A stretch of 64,000 nucleotides of DNA from the human T2T-CHM13v2.0 reference genome, Homo sapiens (GCF_009914755.1 NC_060930.1); one strand, 5' to 3'; positions 14,374-30,546 are shown, counted from the first letter of the stretch. Numbers and translations are program-made. The notes: a model not told the origin generated them from the letters alone.

Positions 14374-14445
14374 AACCATCCATCTGTCCATCTGCCCATT
14401 CATCCACACATCCACATAGCCAGCCATCCACCCATCCATCCACCT
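14374..14445. repeat. Degenerate (CCAT)n simple repeat
   Basis: ccatccatctgtccatctgcccattcatccac...catccacccatccatccacc. Confidence 0.75.
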
Positions 14446-14458
14446 ACTCCTCTGTAGT

Positions 14459-14770
14459 ATAGTTATGCGTTTTGAGAAATGCATCCTTAGGCAATTTCAT
14501 CATTGTGCAAACATCATGGAGTGTATTTATGCAAACCTAGATTATATAGCCTATTACACACCTAGGCTATATGATATAGTATATTGCCCCAAGGCAACGT
14601 GTACAGCATGCTACTGCACTGAATACTGTAGGCAATTATAATACAGTAGTGTTTGTGTCTCTAAGCATAGCAAAGGTACAGTAAAAATATGGTACTATAA
14701 TCTTAAGGGACCACCATCATATATGTGGTCCCTCATTGACTGAAATGTTACTATGTGGTGCTTGACAGAT
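14459..14770 (+). mobile_element. Tigger3a-like DNA transposon
   Basis: tgagaaatgcatccttaggcaatttcatcattgtgcaaacatc...cacacctaggctatatg...taatcttaagggaccaccatcatatatgtggtcc. Confidence 0.85.
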
Positions 14771-14789
14771 ATAAGATGGCTATGGGGGC

Positions 14790-15720
14790 CCATTTTTTTC
14801 TGAAAAATTAACTCCTATTGGCTGTCTGATTTGAAAAAGATTGGTTTTACATCATGTCAAAAGGCGGTCACTTTCCACAAATGGAATATGCAGCTCCAAG
14901 GTTTTGATTTAAAAAATGTTAAATAAAATAATTTTATTATAAATATTGTATTGACAAAAGTGTATTAAACTGAAGAACATTTCAATTTTTCCCAATGTTT
15001 CAAAATTTGTCAGATTGAACAAAATACCTCTAAATGATAGAATGGCAAGAAAAATTAAGTGAGTTAAAAAAAACTTTATAAAATATATTTGATACATTTC
15101 CTAGAAATTGAATAGGTGAATGTCTCTATATAATTTTGTCCAAGTAATTAGCTTCAAATTCTTTATTTTCAACAAAATTAAAGATGGATTCAATTGGGTT
15201 ATAAATTGACAGATCACTGGAGTAATTATGACAAATATTACTAATAAATTTTTGTTACAATTTTGAAGACATTAAAAGAATGAAGTTGCTATAATAAAAT
15301 CTCTTCTATTCCAATAAACTTATTAGTTAGAACACGGGCTTACACCCATAACAATGAAAAGGAAGAACAAAATGATGCTGAATCCATTTCATTCCAGCAA
15401 TAAGTAAGATTCATCCACAGACAGGTTACCATGCATAAAAATAAGCCCATTCATCTAATTAAGGGATTTATTTCTAATATTTTTATGCTTAGTAATTATT
15501 TGTCAAAAATACCAAGAAACCATTCACCCAAATATATATTTATATTTTTAAGTGATTTGTATACTAAAAATAGCATGACACATCATGATTCACTAGAAAT
15601 TAATACTAAGGCTTATGGTACAAGAGAATTTAAAAATATATCATAAACTTTAATTCTTATACATGTTTTTGTTGCAAAGATATATTTTGAGATGATGTGT
15701 AAAGATATTTAAAACAAAAA
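14790..15720 (+). mobile_element. hAT-Charlie transposase C-terminal remnant
   Basis: Broken reading around 15285-15462 gives AIIKSLLF.TY.LEHG...PAISKIHP...AHSSN*, resembling the Charlie/Buster C-terminal motif (KxLLPFxTTYLCExGFS...SxIxP...QxHxSH*). Confidence 0.55.
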
Positions 15721-15721
15721 A

Positions 15722-16367
15722 TAGTTGATTCTTGTTATTTTCTATAGGCTATAGTTGTAGTCTGTAAAGTCACCACGAACAGTAAACTGCTGAATACTAA
15801 AGCATTGTTCCTAGGGGAAAAATACAGGGTTAGGTTCCTTTGAGCCTCTGGTTACAACATTTTCATCCACCAGTCAATACATAACCTTGTTTTATGTGTG
15901 TTTCTGTTTAAAGACAGCTTGTTTATTACATTTTATTGATTCATTAACATTGCACTCATAGCCAATATCACTATAACTAATGCCTTAACTAGGTTTCTAT
16001 AATGTGTATTTCTCCACAACGGACATCACCACCTACTTAAACTCAGGAACACTAGCCAGTACTTCAGTACTATGCTTGGGGCCATTTCGAACAATGAAAT
16101 CACCAATAAAAAGCACCAAAATATGAAAAACATGACACTACATAGACCTCAAAGAGGGCATTTGTTTGCAGTACGAAAGTTGAAACAAGAAAGCAGAACA
16201 CTCAACCTCAACTGAGAACATGCTTATTGAGCAACTCAAATCTTCACAACTCTGCCATTTCTGTGAATGACCTTAAAAGCTTCCAGTACTGATTTTGGGG
16301 CAAGGAATAATTTTACCATGTTGGTGAATTTGCAAATATGGAACCCGTGAAAAATGAAGATTAACTA
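15722..16367 (-). mobile_element. MER82 (TcMar-Tigger), near full length
   Basis: cctaggggaaaaatacagggttaggttcc...cataaccttgttttatgtgtgtttctgtttaaagac...ggtgaatttgcaaatatggaa. Terminal inverted repeats visible. Confidence 0.85.
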
Positions 16368-16989
16368 TATTACATTGGGATAAAGTTATGCAGGAGAGTA
16401 GAATAGAAATGAAAAAGTTTGTAAAAAAGAAACAATATCAAATTTCAGACTATTAAAAATCATCTTTTACATGTATTATTAGCAAGATGATACTGAAGGG
16501 TAAATCATCAGTTTTAATATCCCCCAAAAACATTTTTAAAATGATGCAATTGCTGTATAATTTAACCTTAATATTTATAATCTGACCATACTGCAACTAC
16601 TTAAACCTATAATAAAATTTTTATATCAACTTAAAAATGTGCAAGGAAGTATATGGTTTCTCAAGGTGTTTTATAATACATATGAGCAAAATAATTTCAA
16701 GATTACTAACTTTAGAAATAGAAGCTAAAATCACAATGAGGCTGATTAATACAAACAAAGAAATAAAAACTACACAAAATCCCAAACTTAAGAGTCAGGC
16801 GTTGAAACCAAATAGCCATTCAGTGATGCAGACACAAACTCTGGGGCTCACACTGTAATGAGTGTGTTGTGTTTGTCTTATTAATAATGATGAAGTATTT
16901 TTTTATAAATACTGCTTTGCTCATTTTTATATAGACAATTTTCAAACAATTTTATATTTCTCAGTTGCTTCAATCAAAAAGAGGTTTGT

Positions 16990-17595
<606 letters not shown>

Positions 17596-17968
17596 TTTTT
17601 TTTAAATTAATAGAGGTTTGTAAGAATATCTAAGAAAAATATTTCCTCAGACAGGAGCATTACTTTAAGGAAAAGATAGTACTATATAAATATATTCCAC
17701 TGTTAAATATTTCCAGTACGTGTCTTTTCCTCCCAGAGATGGGACAGCTTGCTGGCTCTGTGAGTAAAATTAATTAGTCCTAGCTTTTTGTTGCCTTTTT
17801 TTTTTTTTTCCCAGTGGCAGCTTGTAACTTTATCTCTTTTTTTTAAATATCCATAAATTTTCCATGCAACAATAGGATAAATTTATTTCACTAATTTTAG
17901 GATAAAGAAAATGAATAAAATTAAATGACTTATATTGAGTAAAATAAAAGAAGAGGAAGAAATAAATG

Positions 17969-18303
<335 letters not shown>

Positions 18304-18699
18304 TTACTGATTCATGCATTAAAAATATTGAAGCAGATACAGTCCAAAGGCAGCATCATATTACTGTAGAGATACTACATGCAATCTGCTTGGAAGACTG
18401 TGCATAGTAAGCACTTATTAGGTAGATAATGGCACTCCCCTGAACTGAAAACAGAAGTTATAAATAATATTTAAAATCCAAAAACATGATGGTACTAATA
18501 TTAGTACAAGAAATTACCACCTTATATCTTATATTAACTTAGCAAAAATTATTAATTAATATTTAATGAAATTGTCAGTTAGATGGTCAGTAAAAGGAAG
18601 TCTTTGGCCCACAGATCAAAATTCACAATACAATTTTATCCTTAATCTTTAAATACAAAATTACATTTACGAGCGTATTTTTAACTTCGCAGCAGAGAT

Positions 18700-18915
18700 T
18701 TAAGCCAGTGGCAAATACAGAGGCTCTCAAGCCAGACTACCTCAGTTTAAATGTCTGCTTCTCAACTTTCTTGCTTTAATACCTTCAAAAGTAAAATACT
18801 GTTCACATGTATCTTACAGAGTTGTTATAAGTATGAAATGTCTGACTACATGTAAAATTCTTAGATTAATGCATAGTATACAGTAAGCACTCAGTAAATG
18901 TTAGCAGCTACTAAA
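18700..18915 (+). mobile_element. MIR
   Basis: ggctctcaagccagactacctcagtttaaat...agttgttataagtatgaaatg...acagtaagcactcagtaaatgttagc. Confidence 0.65.
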
Positions 18916-19034
18916 TAAAAAGTAGCCGCATTTTCAAAAATGATTCGGAACTTTCTAGTAATCACCAACATTACTTTCAGAAGCTCTAGTTGGAAATATT
19001 TGTTAAAATCTTCTCTTAAAATCTCAACAGATAG

Positions 19035-19696
19035 GGAGAAGGTGGAATCTCACACACTGCAGGTGGGAATGTAAAATGCTACCGCCACTTTGGAAAACAG
19101 TCCAGCAATCCCTCAAATGCTCAAACCTAGAGTTATCATATGATCCTGCAATTCTACTCCTAGGCTATATACTTGATAGAAATGAAAAATATGTCCAAAT
19201 AAAAACTTGCACATGAATGTCCCTATCAGCATTATTATTAATAGCCAAAAGGTGGAAACCACCCAAATGCTCATCAATTAACCAATGATATATGCATGTG
19301 TTTGTTGTATCCATACATTGGAATATTACTCAGCAATGAAAAAGGATGAAGTGCTGGTTCATACCACAACCTGGGTGAACCTTGAAAACATTGTACTCAG
19401 TGAAAGAAGCCAGTCATAAGATGTTGTATGATTCCATTGATATTGAATGTCTAGAGTTGGCAAATCTATAGACACAGAGAGTGCATTAGTGATTGCCTAA
19501 GGTGGTGGTGGACAGTGTTTGGGGAGAAACAGGAGTTACTGCTAAAGGGAAGTGGGTTTCTTTTGGGAGTGATGAAAATCAAAATTGACTGTGGTGATGG
19601 TTACAAAACTCTGTGAATATACTAACAAACAATGAATTTTAGAATTTAAATGGGTGAATTTTATAGTATGTGAATTATATCTTAGTAAAACTGTAT
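19035..19696 (+). mobile_element. L1MB-family 3' end
   Basis: tgcaggtgggaatgtaaaatg...ccactttggaaaacag...gaatattactcagcaatgaaa...gggtgaattttatagtatgtgaattatatctt. Confidence 0.85.
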
Positions 19697-20369
19697 CTCC
19701 TCCGCTGTCCCTCCCTAAAATAAAACCAACCAAATCTCTGTATACCCATCACTTATTAAAGTACTTGGCAAAACACTGTGACTTAGTACTTTTGGGATAA
19801 GCGGATGAATGAATGTGCATTCACTTCACTTTAAATGTTTTTTCCCCTATTTTCATCTATTAGAGAAAACTGTAATCATGAGAAGAAACTTACAAAATTT
19901 GTAAACATCATCTTTCACATTTAGAGTTTGTTTTTATAATGTGACAAAGTTTTTCTGTTAAATATCTCACAGTTGCTGTACCTAGAAGTGCTTTAAGAAC
20001 CTGAAATAGTACTAATGGTATGAAAAAGGTAGACTTATATTTCAACCTTTAATATAGAAAATATAATTTGCTCAAATTACTCACACTGTTCTAATTTCCA
20101 TATGCTCTAAAGTAAGTATGAATAAGATTTAGACCTAATTGCTGGTGACATTAAAATTCATTCAATTCTTACTGTCAACAAATATTTACTGAATAAGTAA
20201 CTATTTGCTAGGCACAGTGCTAGAAAGTGATATTACAAAAATGAATAACACAGCCTGGTGACAGAGATATTACAACAGAATTATGTACAAGAATATGATA
20301 CATGCTATATTAGGGCTTGTGCCATGCGTACCACACCAAATGTTTTAAGAATGAAGAGAAAAAAAAGGA

Positions 20370-21006
<637 letters not shown>

Positions 21007-21480
21007 CTAAAAGCTGGAGTAGTTCAAAATATTTCAGAGATAAGGGAAAATATAGGAATGATAGAGAAAAATAAGTAGGGGATTTCCAGGTAGAGATTTG
21101 TTTTTTATTGCTACAGGTTAAAGACACAGTTTAGGAATTACTCTTTTAGACAACAACAGTGTATTTTCATTAGCCATGAGGTTGTCAGTATTATAGGATG
21201 GAGGTATTTACAGTAGTGAGCAGAGAGCAGGCAGAGTCTTATATAACTGTGAGAACTCTGGAGCTGTCCCATGAAACTTTTAACGAGCTAAATTTTCTAT
21301 TTTACAAAAGGACAACGTAAATAATTCATCTTTCAATATTAAGACAACATGTTAACTAATCAAAAATATCCTGGCTATCACAAAATTCAAAAGGAAAATG
21401 TCAAAATATCTACATGTTTATATTTTGAATTGAAAGATATTCTAAAAGTTGTTTCATGATTATGAACTGCACAATGGAGA

Positions 21481-21564
21481 CCAATGTTTGGTTCACAAAT
21501 GTGTGCTGTTAATTAGATTGAGAGTGATTGTATATGGTTTCTCACAAAGGCATCTTGAGTTCAA
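21481..21564 (+). repeat. Dispersed direct repeat, copy 1 (likely donor)
   Basis: 79 of 84 aligned bases identical to 22853-22945. Confidence 0.93.
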
Positions 21565-21960
21565 CCATGTAAATTGATGGAATTATCAAAACATCAGACC
21601 TATTTCATTTCAACCTGGCTTTTATAACCAAGGTGTGTGTGTATGTGTATGGTGTGTATACATGTGTGGATGTGTGTGGATGTGTGCGTACATGTATAGT
21701 CTCCCCCAATATAAATGTGAGGCTACATTTTCAGGTTAAGAGGGCTAATGTGTATCTTGCCTTCTCATCACAAATTGTTCTACAAGTCCATCCATAATGA
21801 TAATTATATCCTTCAATAGACGGCTGCTTACTTCCCAAATTTTAAACTGAACAAAAATATTACGGATCCACCAGATAATTTTAAATCTATCTACTTGAAC
21901 TGCAAAATTAGGAGTTGAATGAAAACCTTACTTAGTGCAGTATGTTTAAAACTCATCTTT

Positions 21961-22253
21961 GGCTAGGTGCAGTGGCTCACGTCTGTAATCCTAATAGTTT
22001 TGGAGGCCGAGGTGGGTGCATCACCTGAGGTCAGGAGTTCGAGACCAGCCTGGGCAACATGGCAACATCCCATCTCTACTAAAAATACAAAACTTAGCTG
22101 GGTGTGGTAGTGGGCGACTGAAAGCCCAGCTACTTGGGAGGCTGAGGCGGGAGGTTGCAGTGAGCTGAGATCGCACCATTGCACTCCCACCTGGGTGACG
22201 GAGTGAGACTCCGTCTCAAAAAAAACAATTAAAAATTAAAAACGAAAAAAAAA
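21961..22253 (+). mobile_element. AluS with an internal deletion in the right arm
   Basis: The right arm jumps gaggctgaggcgggaggttgcag. TSD tcatcttt. Confidence 0.9.
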
Positions 22254-22505
22254 CCACGTCATCTTTGAGCATGTTAGTACTTGCTTTGATACAAAGGGTC
22301 TGCTTGAGTTTGTATTAAATCATTTAACTCTCCTTGTAGTTTCCTCTGTTATTAAATGATGAGAATGTTCCTAACCTATTGCAAATGATTACTTACCATG
22401 GAAATACAACCACAATTATACTCAAGATTATTCCAAGCACAAAGTTTTGCATGGAATCACTGTAACATTAACACTGTCTAATAAGAAACAAAACCCAAAT
22501 CTTTC

Positions 22506-23016
22506 TGTTAGGAGATTATTCTCCATGGGTCTCCGGCCTTCTGCAATCTTACCTCACTACCTCTATGCTGGACTAGCTTTCCAAGGGGGTTTGTATAGGA
22601 AGCATCCTTATAAGACAAAGGTAGTGTCTTCCTCTGGATCAAAGGGCAGAAGTGCTTCCTGTCTGTCATAAAAGATTCGGGTTCCCTGAGCTCCGGGTTC
22701 CTCTCCTTTTAACACATCCTGCTGTGTGTGCAGGTGTCACTTCACATTGCCCTGTGGAAACTGGGGCCTGGAGATGTTGACAATGTGACTACTGCTATGG
22801 GGCAAGTAATAAACTATCCAGCTCCCTGACCCAGGAATCTCATGTCTTGGGGCCAATGTTTGGTTCACAAGTGTGTGCTGTTAATTAGATTGGGCACCAG
22901 CTGAGTGACTGTATATGATTTCTCACAAAGGCATCTCGAGTTCAAGATTGGCATCCATGAAACTGTGAGCAGCCTGCAAGAGGGATAAAGTCTCAGATAC
23001 TTCACAGTTCCTGACA
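22506..23016 (+). mobile_element. Solo ERVL LTR (LTR40-like), interrupted by a ~93-bp insertion
   Basis: TG...CA termini, 5-bp TSD ctttc/ctgtc, and LTR40-like text (attctccatgggtctc; aaaagattcgggttccct; agtaataaact; gcatccatgaaactgtg; cttcacagttcctgaca). Confidence 0.8.
22853..22945 (+). repeat. Dispersed direct repeat, copy 2 (inside the LTR)
   Basis: Copy of 21481-21564 with 9 additional bp (ggcaccagc). Confidence 0.93.
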
Positions 23017-23682
23017 CTGTCTATCATTTCCTTGACTTAGGCATTACATTCTTACTCTCTGAAGCTGTTATTTTGTTGTTGTTTTTGGGGACTTAATAAG
23101 CACATTTTAAAGATAAAAATAAAGCTTAAACTGAAATCAAAATACCAGTCTTTATTTTATTTTAATCAAAGACTGCCCTGACCTTTTTTTGAGATGAGAT
23201 CATGAGGTGACGTTTAAGCTTTGTAAATGCTTATACATAACAAGTACTTTCAACAAAAAATTCTAACAATTCTTGATGCCTTATATGCCAGCTTAGAAGA
23301 AATCAATCATTGTTTACTTTTTCACTTAAATTTGCAGATGCTGATTAAAAGGCGATTACTATTTTTTTTACACTTAGGTCTTTCTTTAATCAAAATTGAC
23401 TATATCTCTATAAATGGGAATCAGGGATCTGCTATTACACAAAAATAGATGTCAACATATGAAAATTAAATAAATGAACTTTGCCACTGCCCTGTAATTA
23501 AGTGATAAAGATTTCATTCACTTTTCTAAGGTTTTAATCATTTATGATAACTTTTATTTTCTTAAGGAAAAATTGAACTTTGATTTTAAAAATTCTAAAG
23601 TTTTCCTAAAATATAGCACTAATATGTAATGGAGCAAACTTTCAAAGTCACATTCTATTTCATTAGAAATTTGTCTACAAAT

Positions 23683-24058
<376 letters not shown>

Positions 24059-25548
24059 TTAATAAATATTAATGCATTTGCTCCTCCACTAAAAACACTT
24101 TAAGAAAATCAACAGCCATGGCGATCTCATGGCTGTGATGTGCTCAGGGCAAGCATCTATGTAACATATCCCTATTCTGCAACACCTCACCCAGCAGACA
24201 GAATGTTTACCTAAAACTCCCTGAGCTTATGAAAACTTCAACAATCATGTCAACATTTAAGCTCGTTCCCAATTAACCAGTCTTACCAAGCATCACTTCT
24301 ATGAACATTTTAAAGAAAAACCAGTGAAGTGGTGAAATCAACTCTGTCCAAGCTTGCATGCAACTCTAGGAAGGCGGTTAGCTTATCTCTCAACTAGTTC
24401 TTATATTACACCACTATATTTAACATCTGACTTTTGTTGCTGTTTATAATATTACCCTTTATTTTCCTTCAATTTTAGAACCTCAGTTTGTGGCCACCTA
24501 CAGAATAAACTTTCAGCTTTACCAAATTTTCTCTTCTTATGAGAGATGCACAACACTTAATAGAGAGAACACTATTTTTCAAGCTGCAATATACTGTGGT
24601 GTTTTCATGTTAGACATAAATAGTGTCAGTGAAAATGTTGATCAAAGAAATGAAATTCTAATAGGATGTCAGAAGAAGCAGATTAAACAAATGATCTAGC
24701 TGTTCCAAAGACATCAAAATGCAAAATAATTCTTTTCTGGAGGTATTACTTAGCCAAATGTAATTTCTTTAGCAATTTCAAGAAAGAATAGGAAGTGTTA
24801 ATGTTAGTTTAATTATAGAAATAATGTCAAGTGACAATGGCAGGGAAGAAACTGAATGCTGATTTGATCTACACACAGTGACATGGACATTTAGAAAATA
24901 TATTATATGATAATTATATAATCCTGGCTAAATTCTTTGATAGGTTTCAGTTGCCCCTGTAAATGTTCTAAAATTAAATTCAGGAGGGTATATTGTGATA
25001 TTTAAGAATTTAACAAAGTTATCTCAAGAACATCTCACACTCTCATGCTATCTGCAATCCTTGAATATATGGTGACTAATATATCTTAATGTATTTTTGT
25101 ATATCAATATTTTATCATGTTATTTCTTAAGACGACAACTCCAAATAACAAAGTGTTGAAAGAAAATATCAGAACCACCAATATTTTTCTTTCCTTGACA
25201 TACTTGCAGATATATATTTTTATGTTTATAACAGAAGTTAATAAAGAAACATGCCCAGCTTATTATTTCTGGATTGATTGCAGAAACAGCTACTACCTTT
25301 TTTGATGATGTGGAAGTTTATGCATGTATTGAGGAGGCAATAGCTGTGATAAATTACTTCAAGAAAATAACACTTTCCATTGCCTTTCTTTTTTTCCTTA
25401 CAACCTGTGTTATGGAGTGAAATGTACTTGGCCTTGTCTTCAGGAGGCAGAAGCAATCATTTGCAGAATAGGCTTTGTGTGCTAACATTTAATATTAATC
25501 TATTCCCAGGCATTATATTATTAACTTTGAATAGATGCTGACAAGTCT

Positions 25549-25902
<354 letters not shown>

Positions 25903-26389
25903 TGAAGAATAAAACAGATACCACTATGCTCTTTGTTTTCCTTTTTTTTTTCTTTTAATCACTACCCATTTATTAAAGGCTAGGTGGATTTGGGTAATTC
26001 ATCACTGCTAAGTAAGGTAACTAAGAGCACGTTTATGGATATATTATATACACTGGTTACCTCGTTTCAATAAATAAGCAGCTGGTAAGTCATCTCCCAG
26101 TTTTATCCCCAACTTCTAAAAGAAAAATAGGTCGAAAAAATTAACAAATCTGGTTAGGAAAAATACACTGAGCCCAACTATTATGATTCCCTGGATTCTA
26201 TTATTACGTTTATTTATTAGTATTATGAGTCTTTGCTAAAATGTTGACTTCTTATGGAAGGCCTCTCAACAGTGCTGTTTAAAAATCACACGTAATCAAT
26301 CCTTTCACTCGGCACACCCTAACCTTTTTCCCTTCTTCCTTTTTCTCCACAGCTTTCATCAATATCAAACACAATTCATCATGAAAATC

Positions 26390-27352
26390 AAGATTTATTC
26401 GTTTTGTTCACTACTCTATCCCCAATGTCTGGCACATACTAGCTGCTCAATAAATAAGAATGAATGTGTAGTATACCACATGGATGAAGTATGGGAGGTA
26501 TTCATTCAAGCACTTATCATGCGCTCTCCTAAATTACTTAACATCAGTGACTGCCCCCACTCCACCCGCTCCTCATCCAGCCTCCACTGAATGAGGAAAC
26601 AGCACCATGAATGAATAGCTCATGATAAAAATTTAGCGATCGTCATCAGTGTATCCCTTTATCCCTATCATTGAGCCTTTGGTTCTATCTCCAAAATATT
26701 TATTAGATTTCTCTACCTCTCTCCATCTGCATTGTCGTGACCATTATCTGTCTTTTGAATCAGAGCAATACTCTCAGAACAGGACTCCCAAAGGCAGTCA
26801 GAGGAATCCCTTGACACAAGAAAAAACTCACGTCACTTCCTACTTTAAAGGCCTCAATGGCCTTCTATTGTTCACAGGATAAAATCTACACTCCTTACTG
26901 CAGCCTACAGGGCTGCACGGCCTGGCTCCCACTTGTCCTCCAGCCTCAACCCCCTGTCACGCTCCCGCTACGCCGCCCACCGAGCTCCCGCTATGCTGTG
27001 TCTGGAAGAAGCCAACCCCTTGCTGGATTTTACACCTTGGTACTTGTTGTTCCCTTTGCCTGGAGCACTCTTGCCTCCTATCTTTCCATGACTCATTCAC
27101 AGCCTCTAGAGAGTATCTCAAATGCCAGCTGCACAGGTCTTCCTGTGACCACCCTAATTAAGCGGCCTCCCTAACTACTCTCTCATCACCTTGTTTACTG
27201 CTACCGTGGTTCTTATCACCACTTTGTTAACTTACTCTTTGTTAAATGTAAGCCCCGACAGGACAGGGACTTTGCCTCTGTATATTCACAGGGACTAATA
27301 AAATACGTGGAACATGGAAATTGCTCCATATATAACAACCGAATCAATAAAT
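26390..27352 (+). mobile_element. L2 fragments (3' region)
   Basis: cctcaatggccttctattg...ggataaaatctacactcctta...tgttccctttgcctggagcactctt...aaatgtaagccccgacaggacagggactttg. Confidence 0.7.
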
Positions 27353-28514
27353 AGAACATTCTCCCTCACTTGGGTGGCATCCCTCGTCTCACTAATTAGA
27401 ATGCCTGGCACAGAAGAGACATGCTACAAATGTTGAAGTGAATGAGAAAACTGAAATCTTTTATTGTATCCTGAGTGGCACCCAGAAAGATCTTTGTTCA
27501 TTAATATTTGCATATAATAACTGGACTGAGAGAAAAATGAATTCATTTGATTGACATTTACTCAGTGTCTGTCCAGTGCTGGAAAGAGCATATGGCAATT
27601 TGGCTTGCAAGCACAGAACAGAGGATATCATTTCTAAACTGTTCGGTAATCCCATAAATATAGGACACACACATTTCACCAAGGCATTTGGCAAAGTTTC
27701 TCATTATATCTTGTCTTTAACATGCAGGAATGCAGATTGGATGGTAGCCCAGCTGATGGGTTTGGTACTAGAGAGTGGTTAGATGAAGACAGCTTAAGCA
27801 TGTTCAACAGCTCTTTCAATGCAGCAAATATTTCTTGAGCAGCTCCGGCCAGCCAAGTACTGAGCTTGAGGCTAGAGTAATAAAATAATTAAGTGTGGTC
27901 TCTTACCTAGAAGGGTGCATAAGTCTTCCCGTAAAACATTTCAGATCTCTGCCCTGTACCATTGACATTATTTTTAAATTAATATATTGGATGGATATAT
28001 ACAGAATGTACTTCTATCAAAATCATATGAGAATTTTAGGGGAAAAAACAGAAGAAATAATAAATCAGGATCCAAGAGATGATAGGTATCTCAAAGGCTG
28101 GAATGAATTCTTTAAATTAAATTTAGTGCAGATATGAGGTCCTACCAATGAATCCAAAATACCAACTACATATTTACAAAATGGGGGAAATATGGAATGT
28201 ATCCACTCATAAACATTCCTTAGGGATTTTAATTTACAGTACTCTATAAAAATCTATTGTGATATAGTGATCACAGAAACTAGTTTCACCTTCTGGTGTA
28301 TTTACAAGGAAGTAATCAGCCTGTGCTCAGACCACACTTAAGACTACTGTGTTTGAAGGCACGCACCACACTATAAGAAAAGTTCAGAGGAGGCGGTCGA
28401 GATGGACACGAGGATCCTTGCTGCAACAGCCAATGGTGTTGCTAAAACACTGACACTAATGAAGAATTTGTGGAATGTTAAGAAAGTGGGGGGGGTGCAG
28501 GGGGGGGTGGGTGA

Positions 28515-29047
28515 CAGAGGAAGTCATTCTACAAAAAGGTACTTGCAGATGCATGTTTATAGCAGCACAGTTCCAGGTTGCAAAAATGCGGAACCAGCCC
28601 AAATGCCCATCAATCAATGAGTGGATCAAGAAACTGTGGTATGTGTGTGTGTGTGTATACACACACACACACACACACATACACATACTACTCAGCCATT
28701 AAAAGGAATGAATTAATGGCATTTGCAGCAACCTGGATGGGAATGGAGATGATTCTTCTAAGTGAAGTAACTCAGGAATGGCAAACCAAATATCGTATGT
28801 TCTCACTCATAAGTGGGAGCTAAGCCATGAAGATGCAAAGGCCTAAGAATGACACAGTGGACTCTGGGGACTCAACAGGAAAGGATGGGAAGGGGGTGAG
28901 GGATAAAAGACTACAAATTGGGTTCAGTGTATACTGCTTGGATGATGGGTTCACCAAAATCTCACAAATCGCTACTAAAGAACTTACACATGTAGCCAAA
29001 TATCACCTGTTCCCCAAAAACCTATGGAAATAAAAAATTTAAAAAAA
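28515..29047 (+). mobile_element. L1PB-family 5'-truncated 3' end
   Basis: gaagtaactcaggaatggcaaaccaaatatcgtatgttctcactcataagtgggagctaag...ccccaaaaacctatggaaataaaa. TSD aagaaagtgtgggtga, with the left copy interrupted by G-tracts. Confidence 0.88.
28642..28679. repeat. (TG)7-TATA-(CA)10 compound microsatellite
   Basis: Read directly from the sequence. Confidence 0.95.
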
Positions 29048-29496
29048 GAAAGTGTGGGTGAATGGTAGAGAAGGAGGGAGCTAACTGTCCATAAGTATTC
29101 AAAGAGCAGGTATGCAGAAGAAATAGTAAACCTGTTTTACACGATCCTAGGGCACAGGACTAGGAAACTACATGAGGACAGATTTTGATTCACCATAAAA
29201 AGGCCTGACTATCAGTGCTGTCCTGCGAAAGTGAAGCATCTCGTGAGGAAGTCAGCTCTCTATCAATGACAGGTCTCCCACGGCCACTGGGACATCCTCT
29301 GGACAAAGACATCAGACTCAGGACTTAAACGCTGCATAGACAGCAGATTTCTAGACCCTATGTCCTTGACATTTTATGATATAATGAAAAGGGAACTAAA
29401 AAATAAGGAAGTATACATTTTCATTCACTCAACCAATGCTTGCTATGGCTAGGCGCTGTTTTAGGCACCGTGGACACAGCAGCTAACTTAGGCAAA

Positions 29497-29840
<344 letters not shown>

Positions 29841-29882
29841 CTAGTTTGAGGCAAAGCTACACCTGAGGCATTCACACTTTAA

Positions 29883-30546
<664 letters not shown>

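Larger units (their letters stand above)
27600..29350 (+). mobile_element. CR1/L3 LINE fossil, interrupted by L1PB
   Basis: ORF 27576-27782 contains HFTKAFGKVSHYIL, resembling the CR1 RT motif DFSKAFDxVxH. L3-like 3' text continues after 29060. Confidence 0.55.

Noticed and set aside
14083-14457. 124-aa ORF with a His/Pro-rich tail
   Set aside because: Non-ATG start, no recognisable domain, and the tail is the translated (CCAT)n repeat.
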